Assembly: GCA_963720065.1 (NCBI GenBank)
Contig: CAVREH010000018.1
Location: 7,083-71,082 of the forward strand
DNA: 64,000 bases
Source: an uncultured Actinomycetes bacterium
GTDB lineage: Bacteria > Actinomycetota > Thermoleophilia > Gaiellales > Gaiellaceae
Reading direction: 5' to 3'
Shown here: in pieces, positions 1 to 10,662 of the stretch
Numbering within the stretch: the stretch's first letter is position 1
Layout of the letters: every line of letters starts with the position of its first letter
Notes under the pieces: generated by a model
The model's input: the letters and a program-made list of their open reading frames with translations, nothing else
The model's database searches: none
What the model was told of the DNA's origin: nothing
Program-made: the position numbers and the translations under genes

Positions 1-762
1 GAGATCGCCGGCCGGAGCGACATCCCGGTGGCCGCGGGGGCGGAGGCGCCGCTACGGCGCGACCTCCGCACGGCCGCCCACGTGCACGGCGAGACCGGCC
101 TCGACGGGCCCGTCCTCCCGGAACCCTCAGCCCAGCCCGTGGACGCGCACGCCGCCGACTTTCTCGCGGAGCTGGTCCAGCCGGGCGTGGTGCTCGTCCC
201 GACCGCGCCGCTCACCAACCTCGCGCTCATGCTCGAACGGCACCCGGATGTGCCCGACCGCCTCGAGCGCCTCGTCTGGATGGGCGGCGCGATCGGGCAG
301 GGGAACATCACTCCCGCCGCCGAGTTCAACGCCTTCGTCGACCCCGAGGCCGCGGCGGCCGTGTTCGCGAGCGGGATCCCGAGCACGCTGGTCGGGCTCG
401 ACGTGACGCACAAGGCGCTGTTCACGCGGGCCCACGCCGAGCGCCTGCGGGGCGCCGGCCGCGCCGGCCGCTTCGTCGCCGAGCTGTCGGACTTCTTCCA
501 GGACTTCCACGAGCGCTCGTACGGCTTCGACGGCTCCCCGATCCACGATGCGATGGCTGTCGCGCACGTGATCGACCCGACGCTGCTGACCACCCGCCGG
601 GCGAACGTGGCGGTCGAGACGCGCTCCGAGCTGTGCGACGGCCGCACGGTCGTCGACCTGCGCGGCGTCACCGGCCGGGAGCCGAACGCGGACGTCGGCG
701 TGGACGTCGACGCCGAGCGGTTCCTCGAGCTGCTGGTCTCGCGGATAGCCTCGTTGCCATGA
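1..762 (+). CDS. nucleoside hydrolase (inosine-uridine preferring family), 5' end cut by window edge
   Basis: Frame is open from base 1 (EIAGRSDIPVAAGAEAPL...). HGETGLDG, NAFVDPEAA and DPTLL...ELCDGRTVVD segments are typical of IUNH-family hydrolases. Stop at 760-762. Confidence 0.8.
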   Translation, partial: EIAGRSDIPVAAGAEAPLRRDLRTAAHVHGETGLDGPVLPEPSAQPVDAHAADFLAELVQPGVVLVPTAPLTNLALMLERHPDVPDRLERLVWMGGAIGQGNITPAAEFNAFVDPEAAAAVFASGIPSTLVGLDVTHKALFTRAHAERLRGAGRAGRFVAELSDFFQDFHERSYGFDGSPIHDAMAVAHVIDPTLLTTRRANVAVETRSELCDGRTVVDLRGVTGREPNADVGVDVDAERFLELLVSRIASLP

Positions 763-1472
763 GCGTCGCCTTCGCCTGCATCGCGCCGCATGGCGACGCC
801 GACCTCGCGCCGGAGTTGCGCGCGGCGATGGAGGAGCTCGGGCGTCGCTGCGCGGCGGCCGCTCCCGAGGTCGCGGTGGTCGTCTCCCCGCACTCCGTCC
901 ACGTCGAGGGCCACTTCGCCGTCGTCACGGCCGGGAGGGTGGGGGAGTGGGAAACCGACAGCGCGCTCGCCGCGCTGCTCCTCGAGGCGCCGCTGCCGAT
1001 CCTCGGGGTCTCGTTCGGCGGCAACGACACGCAGAGCGCGGAGTTCCCGCTCGACTGGGGGACCGAGGTGCCGCTCGAGTTCCTGCGGCCGCCGCGCGTC
1101 GTCGTGGTCGCCCCGGCGCGCGACCGGCCGCTCGAGGAGCATCTCCGGCTCGGCGAGGCGATCGCAGCGCTCCCCGGCCGGGTGGCTCTGATCGCGAGCG
1201 CCGACCACGGCCACGCCCACGACCCGGACGGCCCCTACGGCTTCGACCCGGCCGCGGCCGCCTACGACGCGCGGCTGCAGGAGATCCTGGCTTCGGACCG
1301 CCTCGACTTCCTGCCGCTCGCCGAGCTGGTGGAGCAGGCGAAGGCGGACTCGCTCTGGCAGCTCCTCGTCCTTCAGGGTGTCGTGGGCGAATCGGCCCGG
1401 GCCGACGTGCTCGCGTACGACGCGCCGACCTATTACGGGATGCTCGTGGCGGAGGTTCAGACGGCGGCGTAG
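759..1472 (+). CDS. class III extradiol dioxygenase subunit B-like (LigB/MEMO-like) protein
   Basis: ATG 759 overlaps the upstream stop (ATGA). AFACIAPHG, VVVSPHSVH and IASADHGHAHDPDGPYG resemble the LigB fold. The listed ORF start at 633 is Arg-rich read-through. Confidence 0.6.
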   Translation: MSVAFACIAPHGDADLAPELRAAMEELGRRCAAAAPEVAVVVSPHSVHVEGHFAVVTAGRVGEWETDSALAALLLEAPLPILGVSFGGNDTQSAEFPLDWGTEVPLEFLRPPRVVVVAPARDRPLEEHLRLGEAIAALPGRVALIASADHGHAHDPDGPYGFDPAAAAYDARLQEILASDRLDFLPLAELVEQAKADSLWQLLVLQGVVGESARADVLAYDAPTYYGMLVAEVQTAA

Positions 1473-2780
1473 AGCCGCCACTCGCCGGGAATCCCCTTGA
1501 GCTCGTGCACGCCGCGGTCCTCGAACTGGAGCCCGGAGCCTGCGACGAGGTCCTTGACCGTGCTCGAGACGAGAACCTCGCCCGGGCCGGCGTAGGCCGC
1601 GACGCGCGCGCCAGTGTGGACGGCGATGCCGCCGATCTTCCCGTCGACGAGCTCGCACTCGCCGGTGTGCAGGCCGGCGCGGACGCCGAGCCCGAGATCC
1701 GCCGTGCCGTCGGTGATCGCGCGGGCACAGTGGATCGCACGGGCCGGGCCGTCGAAGGCGGCGAAGAACCCGTCCCCGGCGGTGTCGACCTCGCGGCCGC
1801 GCGCGCGGGCGAGCTCGCGCCGGACGAGCGCGTGGTGCTGCTCGAGCACCTTCCGCCAGCCCGCGTCTCCCAGCTCGGCCATCTTCGCGGTCGAGCCGGC
1901 GATGTCGGTGAAGAGGACGGTCGCGAGAACCCGGTCCGGCTCCCGCCTGCTGTCGGCCTCCCAGGCCTCTCGCACGAACGTCTCGATCGCGTCGAGAAAC
2001 GGTCCCGTGTCGGCGACCGCCGGAACGTGCCCCTCGAGCGGGAGCTCGACGTACGTTGCCGTCGGGATCGCGGCGGCGAGCTCGCGGCCGCGACCCGCCG
2101 GGACCCAGTGGTCGTCGGCGTTGTGCAGCACGAGGGTCGGCGCCGAGATCGCGGAGGTGACGTGGCGGACGTCGACTTCGGCGCTCATCCGCCCGTACGC
2201 GAACTCGTCACCCGGGCTGAGCGCGTAGCGGAACATCCGCGCGAACGCGACGAGCTCCTCCTCGGTCGCGCCCGGGGAAAGGCCGTCGCGCGCCTCTGCC
2301 ATCGCGTAGCCGGCCGGGTGCCGCTCGCGTTGCGTCCGCTCCTCGGCCATCACACGTAGGTTCTCCTCGACCGACCGCTTCGGGCCTGTCGTGCCACCAA
2401 CCGCGACGAGTGCCCAGGCGCGCTCGGGATGGCTGGCGGCGAAGAGGAGGGCGAGCTTGACTCCTTCCGACCAGCCGAAGACGCAGGCACGCTCCGACCC
2501 GACCGCATCCATCACCGCGCGGATGTCGTCCATCCGGGTCTCCGGCGATGCGAAACCGCCGGACTTGTCGGACAGGCCGACGCCCCGCTTGTCGAAGTTG
2601 ATCACCCGCGCGAACTGAGCCGAGCCGCTCGAACAGGGCGCGGAGGACCGGGACGTCCCAGGCGAGCTCGACGTGGCTGCCCCAGGGCAGGAGCAGGACG
2701 ATGTCGAACGGACCCTTCCCGAAGACCTGGTAGGCAATGCTGACCTCGCCGTTGCGGGCGTAGTGGGTCTCCGGCGGCAT
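1457..2780 (-). pseudogene. alpha/beta-hydrolase fused to class III adenylate/guanylate cyclase (LipJ/Rv1900c-like architecture), one frameshift near 2620-2640
   Basis: C-terminal cyclase homology domain: VLFTDIAGST, DTAGDGFFAAF, GLHTGE, GIAVHTGARV. The hydrolase N-terminus MPPETHYARNGEVSIAYQVFGKGPFDIVLL lies in the frame of ORF 2208-2909 and joins FARVINFDKRGVGLSD in the frame of ORF 1457-2737. Confidence 0.8.
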
Positions 2781-2820
2781 CGACGGAGGATAGGCGGGGC
2801 GGCGCACGAAAACCAAGCGC

Positions 2821-5029
2821 ATGCCGCGCAAGCGGAAGAGGAAACTGCGCCCGAGACTCCCGAGCCGCGTCAAGAAGACGCGGACGAAGCGCAGCGCCCG
2901 CACGCGCACCCATCACCCCGAGCTCTGGGGGCTCGGGCGGTCGCGCTCGGCATCTTCCTCGGCGCCGTCCTCTACTTCGGCTGGAACGGCGGCTACGTCG
3001 GCGGCTGGCTGGGTGAGGGGCTCGACAAGCTGATCGGAGACGCGAAATACGTCGTGCCGGTCGCGCTCGTGGTGCTCGGCGCGCTGGTGGTGACGCGCAG
3101 CGCGCTCGTCGACGTCCGGCCGTTCCGCACCGGGATGGCGGTGCTCGGCTGCGGCCTCATGATCACGCTCGGCAAGGACCAGGGCGGCTACGTCGGCCAG
3201 CTGCTCGGCGGGGGTGTCGGGGTCGCGCTCGGCGCCACCGGCTCGCTCCTGCTCGGCGTCCTCCTGATGCTCGTCGGCTCGCTGCTGCTCACGGAGCCTC
3301 GCTCGGGGCGATTCTCCGCCGCTCGGGGCGCGGCCTCCACCACGCGCGGCGAAGAGCGCGGTCAGGGTCCCGTGACCGGTGGCAGCCACCGTGACGTAAG
3401 TGCTGACGCCGCCGCCCGCGCGGCCGGCGCCGTCGCACGCTTCTCCGGTCGACGCCGTCTCGGCCTTCCCCGACGTCGTCGGCGGGAGCTTCGTGCCGCC
3501 GCACGCCGGCGCGCAGCCCGCTCCGCTCCAGACTGAGCCGCCGGCGCTGTTCGAGGATCCACCCACGCTCTTCGACGAGGTCACCGCCGAGCACGCCGAG
3601 TACAAGCTGCCGGACGCCGGCGTCCTCCGGGTCTCGCCGGAGCAGAGCGACGACTCGGGCGAGACCGCGGCGCGCGTCGCGGAGCTCCTCGTACAGACGC
3701 TCTCGCACTTCGGCGTCGAGGCGACCGTGATCGGCCAGATCTCGGGCCCGCGCGTGACGCGCTACGAGCTCCAGCTGGCACCGGGGACGAAGGTCGCCAA
3801 GGTCGCGGCTCTGAAGGACGACCTCTCGTACGCACTCGCCACGACCGAGATCCGGATCCTCGCCCCGATCCCCGGCAAGCAGGCGGTCGGCGTCGAGCTC
3901 CCGAACCTCTCCCCGAACCTCGTCACCCTCGGCGACATCTACGAGCCGCTGCCCGCCACGGCCAGTCCGGTCGCCGTCTGGCTGGGCAAGGACATCTCCG
4001 GCGCGGCCGTCTGGACCGACCTCGCGCGGATGCCGCACCTCCTGATCGCCGGCACGACCGGCTCGGGCAAGTCGGGCTGCCTCAACACGGTCCTCACATC
4101 GGTCCTGCTGCGCGCGACGCCCGACGACGTGCGCCTGATCCTCATCGACCCGAAGCGCATCGAGCTCAGCCACTTCGAGTCGGTGCCGCACCTGCTCACG
4201 CCCGTCGTCTCGAGCCCGAAGGAGGCGAGTGCCGTCCTCGCCAACTGCCTCGCCGAGATGGAGCGCCGCTACGAGCGCCTCTCGTCGGTGCGCGCCCGCA
4301 GCATCAACGAGGCGAATCGCGCCTTCCGCCAGCGCGGCGAGCCGACGCTGCCCTACGTCCTCGTCGTGATCGACGAGCTCGCCGACCTGATGATGGTGGC
4401 GCCGCAGGCGGTGGAGCATGCCGTGATCCGGCTCGCCCAGAAGTCGCGCGCCGTCGGGATCCACCTCGTCCTCGCGACGCAGAGGCCGTCGGTGGACGTG
4501 ATCACCGGGATGATCAAGGCGAACGTTCCCTCGCGGATCGCCTTCGCCGTCTCCTCGCAAACCGACTCGCGCGTGATCCTCGACTCGGGCGGCGCGGAGT
4601 CCCTGCTCGGCCAGGGCGACATGCTCTTCAAGCCGCTCGGCACCTCGCGGCTCCAGCGCGTGCAGGGCGCGTACGTGTCGGAGGAGGAGATCGCGCTCGT
4701 CGTCGAGCAGACGCGCCAGCGCGAGCAGGAGCTCGACGAGAGCTACCTCGAGCTCCCAGAGGTCTTTGCCGAGCCCAGCGACGATTCCGACGGCGAGTTC
4801 GACCCGGACGACGATCCGCTGCTCGACAAGGCCATTGAGATCGTCGTCCAGACCCAGACCGCATCGCGTCTCCCTGCTGCAGCGGCGCCTGCGCGTGGGC
4901 TACACGCGCGCGGGCCGGCTGATCGACATGCTCGAGCGGCGAGGCATCGTCTCCGGCTACGAAGGCTCCAAGCCCCGGCGCGTGCTGGTGGACGAGAGCC
5001 AGTACCACTCGTACGCCGCGACCGAGTAG
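2821..5029 (+). pseudogene. ftsK: DNA translocase FtsK/SpoIIIE, at least 3 frameshifts (~2936, ~3293-3400, ~4860)
   Basis: Pieces lie in different frames. They are the basic N-terminus MPRKRKRK, TM segments (VALGIFLGAVLYFGW...), the motor domain (LIAGTTGSGKSGCLN, VVIDELADLMM, ATQRPSVDVITG) and the gamma winged helix ([27 protein letters not shown]). Confidence 0.9.
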
Positions 5030-5120
5030 TTCTCCTGGAGCTCGACCGCGAGCCGTTCTAAGATCGCCCGAGGCAATAGGATCGGCCGGTCAGGTCATGG
5101 GGAGAACAGGAGGGCACATC

Positions 5121-6166
5121 TTGAGATCGAGGACACGCACGCTTGGGATCTGTTTGCGGCAGCAGCAGTCGTCGCGCTCGTCGCGGCAGGCTGCGGCGGC
5201 GGTGGTGGTGGAGGGAGCTCGTCGACGACGAACGCGGCGAGCAGCTTCAAGGCGGCGCTCGTCAGCGACGTCGCCGGGTTCAACGACAACGGGTTCAACA
5301 AGAACCAGCTCTTGGGCCTGAACAAGATGCACAAGCCAGCTCGGGACACGGCGTATCCCGGCGGTCTCACATTCGTCGAGCGACTACGTCCCGAACTACA
5401 CAAGGTCGTCCACGACGGCGCCAACCTGATCATCGCCGCGGGCTACCTGCTCGGCGACACGGTGAAGAAGTACGCGAAGCAGTACCCGAAGATCAAGTTC
5501 GCGATCACCGACGATCCGGTGAGTGCCATCGGCGGCTACAAGAACGAGATCGGCATCACCTACGCGACGCAGGAAGGCGGCTGTCTCGCCGGCGTCCTCG
5601 CGGCGAAGGAAGCGCAGAAGATGAATGGCGGCAAGGTCGGCACCATCGGCGCGGTCGGCGGCATCAAGATCCCGCCGGTCGACTCGTACATCGCCGGCTA
5701 CCAGTACTGCGCCAACAAGGCCGTTCCCGGTACGAAGACGATCACGCAGTACTCGAACAGCTTCACCGACGAGTCCGCCTGCTCGACGGTGGCGCAGAAC
5801 GAGATCGGCTCCGGGGCCCAGGTGGTCTTCCAGGTCGCGGGCCTCTGCGGCGACGGTGCGCTCAAGGAGGCGTCGAAGCTCGGCAAGTGGGGGATCGGCG
5901 TCGACGTCGACGAGTACCACGTCGCGTCGAAGATCCTCACGAGCGCGACCAAGAAGACGGACGTGGGTGTCGAGACGGCCATCCGGGACGCGGAGTCCGG
6001 TCACTGGCCGGGCGGCAAGGACATCACCCTCGACCTGAAGAACAACGGCGTCGGCGTCGGCACGATCAGCCCGACGGTGCCGAAGTCGTGGATCAGCCTA
6101 ATGAACCAGTACAAGGCTCAGATCATCGCCGGCACGCTCACGCCGCCGGCAACGCTCAGCAAGTAG
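5121..6166 (+). pseudogene. BMP-family (PnrA/Med-like) ABC substrate-binding lipoprotein, frameshift in the signal peptide (~5150)
   Basis: GGAGG lies 7 nt upstream of TTG 5121 (MRSRTRTLG). After a shift comes LFAAAAVVALVAAGC, a lipobox, in the main frame. The body (GAVGGIKIPPVDSYIAGYQYCA, GIGVDVDEYH) is BMP-like. Confidence 0.8.
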
Positions 6167-6180
6167 CGACTGCCTGACAC

Positions 6181-6213
6181 GGCGGGAGGGCGCTTCGATT
6201 TCGCCCTCCCGCC
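6181..6213 (+). terminator. intercistronic GC hairpin (attenuator or partial terminator) between the binding-protein gene and the ABC ATPase gene
   Basis: Perfect 12-bp stem ggcgggagggcg / cgccctcccgcc with a 9-nt loop. No clear U-tract follows. Confidence 0.5.
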
Positions 6214-6236
6214 GACGGGCTATAGCATCGGCTCCG

Positions 6237-7763
6237 GTGAGCGACGAGCTCGTCCTCGAGATGCGGGGCATCCGCAAGGAGTTTCCGGGCGTCGTCGCCA
6301 ACGACGACGTTTCGCTCGAGGTGCGCCGCGGTGAGGTGCACGCCCTGCTCGGCGAGAACGGCGCCGGCAAGTCGACGCTGATGAACATCCTGTACGGCCT
6401 CTACAAGCCCGACGCGGGCGAGATCCGCATGAACGGGAAGCCGGTCACCTTCGGGTCGGCCAGCGACGCGATCGACGCCGGCATCGGCATGGTGCACCAG
6501 CACTTCATGCTGATCCCCGTGATGACCGTCGCCGAGAACGTCGTCCTGGGGACCGAGCCGGTCAAGGACGGCGTCCTGCTCGACGAGGCGTCAGCGGAGC
6601 AGAAGGTCGCCGAGATGGCGAAGACGTTCAACTTCGCCGTGGACCCCGCCGCCCTCGTGCAGGACATCGGCGTCGGCCAGCAGCAGCGCGTCGAGATCAT
6701 GAAGGCGCTCTACCGGAACGCCGACATCCTGATCCTCGACGAGCCGACCGCCGTCCTCACGCCGCAGGAGGCTCTCGATCTGTTCGTGATCCTGCGGACG
6801 CTGCGGAACGAGGGCATCTCGATCGTCTTCATCACCCACAAGCTGGGCGAGGTGCTCGAGATCGCCGACCGCATCACCGTGCTCCGCCGCGGCAAGACGA
6901 TCGAGACGGTCCCGCGCGAGGGCGCCACCGAGACGTCTCTCGCCCGGGCCATGGTGGGCCGTGAAGTTCTCCTCCGCGTCGAGAAGGGGCCGCCCCAGGT
7001 GGGCGACGTCCTGCTCGAGGTCGAGGACCTGTGGGTCTCCGACGATCGCGACATCGAGAAGGTGCGCGGCGTGTCCTTCGAGGTTCGTGCCGGGGAGATC
7101 GTCGGCATCGCCGGAGTTGACGGGAACGGCCAGACCGAGCTGATCGAGGCACTCACCGGGCTGCGCCGGGCGGAGCGCGGCGTGATCCGCGTCGGCGGCC
7201 GCGAGCTCCACCACTCATCGGCACGCGACGTCCTCGATGCGGGGCTGGGACACATCCCCGAGGACCGCCAGCGCCGCGGGCTCGTGCTCGAGTTCTCGCT
7301 CGCCGAGAATATCGCCCTGCACGACTACTCGAAGCAGCCGGACTCGAAGTGGGGCTGGCTCTTCCCCGGCAGGCTGGTCGAGCGCGCGAAGGAGCTGATC
7401 ACGGAGTTCGACGTGCGTGGGGGCGGCCCGTTCACCCGGGCCGCGGCGCTCTCGGGCGGCAACCAGCAGAAGCTCGTGGCCGCGCGGGAGATCTCCCGCG
7501 ACCCGAAGGCGCTGATCGCGGCGCAACCGACCCGCGGCCTCGACGTCGGCGCGATCGAGTACCTCCACCGGCGCCTCGTGAACGAGCGCGACGAGGGTCG
7601 CGCGATCCTGCTCGTGTCGCTCGAGCTCGAGGAGATCTTCTCCCTCTCCGACCGCATCCTCGTCCTCTACGAGGGCGAGATCGTCGGGAGGCACGAGGGC
7701 GCGGTATCGCAGGAGCAGATCGGCTTCGAGATGCTCGGCCTGAAGGAAGAGGCTCCCGCATGA
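6237..7763 (+). CDS. ABC transporter ATP-binding protein, duplicated ATPase (nucleoside/sugar type)
   Basis: Intact 508 aa. Two Walker A/signature/Walker B sets are present: GENGAGKST, ILILDEPT, LSGGNQQK. Confidence 0.92.
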   Translation: MSDELVLEMRGIRKEFPGVVANDDVSLEVRRGEVHALLGENGAGKSTLMNILYGLYKPDAGEIRMNGKPVTFGSASDAIDAGIGMVHQHFMLIPVMTVAENVVLGTEPVKDGVLLDEASAEQKVAEMAKTFNFAVDPAALVQDIGVGQQQRVEIMKALYRNADILILDEPTAVLTPQEALDLFVILRTLRNEGISIVFITHKLGEVLEIADRITVLRRGKTIETVPREGATETSLARAMVGREVLLRVEKGPPQVGDVLLEVEDLWVSDDRDIEKVRGVSFEVRAGEIVGIAGVDGNGQTELIEALTGLRRAERGVIRVGGRELHHSSARDVLDAGLGHIPEDRQRRGLVLEFSLAENIALHDYSKQPDSKWGWLFPGRLVERAKELITEFDVRGGGPFTRAAALSGGNQQKLVAAREISRDPKALIAAQPTRGLDVGAIEYLHRRLVNERDEGRAILLVSLELEEIFSLSDRILVLYEGEIVGRHEGAVSQEQIGFEMLGLKEEAPA

Positions 7764-9004
7764 CCGAGCCGGAGAAAGGCCCCGCCGAGTCGCCCGAGCA
7801 GGCGGCGTCGACCGGGACCCTCGCCGCCCGGCTCTCGCTCAGCCAGCGCGCCGGCGGCATCGCCGTGCCGATCGCGACTGTCGTCCTGGCCTTCCTGATC
7901 GGCGGCCTCGTCGTGCTCGCCACCGGCCACAACCCGCTGCTCGCCTACCACGACATCTTCGACGGCGCCGGGCTGAACTGGATCTTCCACCCGACGACCA
8001 ACGTCCAGACCTCGATCGCCGGGTACAACCTCACCCAGACGCTGCTCCAGTCGACGACGCTCATCTTCACCGGGCTCGCCGTCGCCTTCGCCTTCCGCTG
8101 CGGGATGTTCAACATCGGCGGCGAGGGCCAGTACTTCGTCGGCCTCGTCATGGCGAACTGGATCGGGGTCAGCTTCGCCGGGATGAGCACCCTCCCGCAC
8201 GTTCTGCTCGCGATCGTGGGGGCGACGCTCGCCGGCGCGGCGTGGGCGGGCATCGCCGGCGTGCTGAAGGCCACGACCGGGGCGAACGAGGTGATCTCGA
8301 CGATCATGCTCAACTGGATCGCGATCTACACGGCGACCTGGCTCTTCGGCGCCGGTGGGCCGCTCCAGACCACGCAGCCGGGGCAGTCGACCAACCCGGT
8401 CTCCAACGACATCGCGCACACCGCCGAGTTGCCGGTGATCTGGGGGACGAAGGGCTTCCAGGGCCTCGACATCGGCTTCTTCATCGCGATCGCCGCGCTC
8501 GTCGTCTTCTGGGCGCTGATCAACCGCACCACGCTCGGCTACGAGGTTCGTGCCGTCGGCTTCAACCCGGACGCGGCCGCGTACGGCGGCATCAACGTGA
8601 AGAAGAACCTGGTCCGGGCGATGGCGATCTCCGGTGCATTCGCGGGCCTCGGAGGGGCCGTCGACATGCTCGGCTACCTCTACCACTACGGCTCGCTCGA
8701 CGTCCAGAACTCGGCGGCCGGCGGCGTCGGCTTCATCGGCATCGCGGTGGCCCTCCTCGGCCGCAACACGGCCGTCGGCGTCTTCCTTGGATCCGTGCTG
8801 TTCGGCGGCCTCATCTACGGGACGGGGCAGGGCCTGACCTCGAACGTGATCGCGCCGGATCTCGCGTCGAACGTGACCTTGATCATCCAGGGGCTTGTCG
8901 TGCTGTTCATCGGCGCCGACATCCTCATCCTCTACGTCTGGAACTCGCGGAAGAGGCTGCGCCCGAAGAAGCCTCCGCAGGCTCCGGCGAAGGCGGCCGC
9001 ATGA
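7760..9004 (+). CDS. ABC transporter permease (BMP/nucleoside system, first permease)
   Basis: ATG 7760 overlaps the ATPase stop (ATGA). The product is a polytopic membrane protein from MTEPEKGPAES... to the stop at 9004. The listed start at 7349 is Arg-rich read-through. Confidence 0.85.
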   Translation: MTEPEKGPAESPEQAASTGTLAARLSLSQRAGGIAVPIATVVLAFLIGGLVVLATGHNPLLAYHDIFDGAGLNWIFHPTTNVQTSIAGYNLTQTLLQSTTLIFTGLAVAFAFRCGMFNIGGEGQYFVGLVMANWIGVSFAGMSTLPHVLLAIVGATLAGAAWAGIAGVLKATTGANEVISTIMLNWIAIYTATWLFGAGGPLQTTQPGQSTNPVSNDIAHTAELPVIWGTKGFQGLDIGFFIAIAALVVFWALINRTTLGYEVRAVGFNPDAAAYGGINVKKNLVRAMAISGAFAGLGGAVDMLGYLYHYGSLDVQNSAAGGVGFIGIAVALLGRNTAVGVFLGSVLFGGLIYGTGQGLTSNVIAPDLASNVTLIIQGLVVLFIGADILILYVWNSRKRLRPKKPPQAPAKAAA

Positions 9005-10207
9005 CGGCCTGGGGGCAGCGCCTCGAGAACCCGGTCTCCGAGCGCCTGCGCGACCCCGCCGCGACCGGCTACGTCGCACTCTTCCTCGGCGCGTTCGCAG
9101 CCTTCCTGGCCATCCCGCCGATCGAGGCGCGCTCGCCGGCCTGGCCGATCGCCGTCGGCATCGTCGCCATCGCTCTCGGCATCTGGACGGCGACCCGCGG
9201 GCGGCGGAGGCTCGGCTGGGGGGCCGTCGCGGCCGGCCTGCTCGGGATCGGCCTCGGGATCCTCGCGACGCGCTCGGGGACCGGGAACCTCGAGACGGCC
9301 TTCGACGCGACACTCATCGCCCAGACGTTCGGGCTCGCGACGCCGCTCGTCTTCGGTGCGATCGCCGGGATGTTCTCCGAGCGGAGCGGCGTGATCAACA
9401 TCGGCCTGGAGGGAATGATGCTGATGGGCGCCTTCTTCGGCGTCTACGGCGCGGACAAGGGCGGCAGCTGGGTCGTCGGGCTGCTCGTGGGGATGGCGTC
9501 GGGCGGCCTGCTCGCGCTCGTCTATGCGTTCTTCGCGATCCACCTCCGCTCCGATCAGATCGTGGGCGGCACCGCTGTCAACTTCCTCGCGGTAGGCATC
9601 ACCGGCTACTTCTTCCAGCTGGTCTACAACGGCCAGGTCTCCGGCAACGTCTCGACGGTGCCGAACCTCGCACATCGGGGGGCTGGGGCACTTCTTCGAA
9701 GCCTCCATCGGCGACCTCAGCCTTCTGACGTGGGCCAGCTTCGCGCTCGTGATCGTCTCGTACATCGTGCTCTTCAAGACGCCGATCGGGCTGCGCATCC
9801 GCGCCTGCGGCGAGCACCCGCGCGCGGCGGATACCGTCGGGATCAACGTCTACCTCATCCGCTACAGCTGCGTCGTGCTCTCGGGCCTGCTCGTCGCGGT
9901 CGGCGGCGTCTACCTCTCGCTCGGTCCGCAGGGAAACGGGACGTTCATCGTCGACATGACGAGCGGGGAGGGCTTCATCGCGCTTGCCGCGATGATCTTC
10001 GGCAACTGGCGCCCGGCGGGCGCGTTCGCGGCCGCCCTCCTGTTCGGCTTCTCGAGCGCCCTCGCGCTCAAGCTCCAGGTGTACTCGAACCAGGCGGCGA
10101 CGCTGTTCGCCATCCTCCCGTACGTGCTCACGCTCGTCGCGGTCGCCGGCGTGATCGGCCGCACGGTCGCGCCCGCAGCCGACGGCAAGCCGTACGCGAA
10201 GCAGTAG
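9001..10207 (+). pseudogene. ABC transporter permease (second permease), one frameshift ~9672
   Basis: ATG 9001 overlaps the upstream stop. The frame switches at ...STVPNL / [38 protein letters not shown] and then continues as ORF 9749-10207. Confidence 0.8.
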
Positions 10208-10662
10208 CTCGCGTTGCCGGGCGAAGAGCTGCGCTCTTCGCCCGGGGTTGAAGGAACTGCGCCAACCGGAGACGCGGTCTCCGGTTGGCGCCGTGCAGTA
10301 GGGCTTGCCTGGGTTGGCACGCTTCCAACGCTTTGTTCCGTCGCGGGCGAGCAGGCTTTGCGTGCTCGCCCGCTGGTTCGCGGCGTCGTAACGTGCCGTT
10401 ACGCCGCCGCCTCGACCCACAGAGGCTCGAAACGCTCCAACCCGACCAACGACCAAAGCCCGGAGGCTAAGACACGGCGCAGCCGGACTTAGCCGCAGGC
10501 CGGACCGCGCTCGTGCCGGCCTCTGCCGCGCGCGAGCGCACGACACAGGCCTCCGCCCCACAGAGCATCAAATTGAAACTGCACGAAGCGGGCCGGAAAC
10601 CGCGCTTTCCGGCCCGCGGAGTTCCGTATCCCAGCGAGTGAGTGCGCAGCACTCGCGAGCTA
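10205..10662 (+). repeat. ~455-bp multi-hairpin intergenic element, copy 1 of 2 (candidate structured RNA or MITE-like repeat)
   Basis: Aligns end to end with 37276-37730. It runs from the TAG stop of the permease gene to the CTA (reverse TAG) stop of nadA. Terminal inverted repeat is tagctcgcg...cgcgagcta. At least 7 GC-rich hairpins are visible. Confidence 0.85.

Noticed and set aside
5361-5400. A BMP-family motif SDYVPNYT readable only in an alternative frame inside the lipoprotein gene, flanked by in-frame sequence on both sides
   Set aside because: It could be a locally compensated double indel (in-frame reading VERLRPELH). It cannot be decided without reads or orthologs, and it does not change the gene call.
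10205-10662. The 455-bp element as a known housekeeping RNA (RNase P RNA, tmRNA, 6S, SRP) or as a CRISPR-like array
   Set aside because: None of the conserved cores I know are present (the RNase P GGAAAGUCC/ACAGAA regions, a tmRNA tag reading frame, the SRP GGAA-AGCA loop). Two diverged copies exist in 64 kb, and the hairpins are all different rather than a repeat-spacer pattern.
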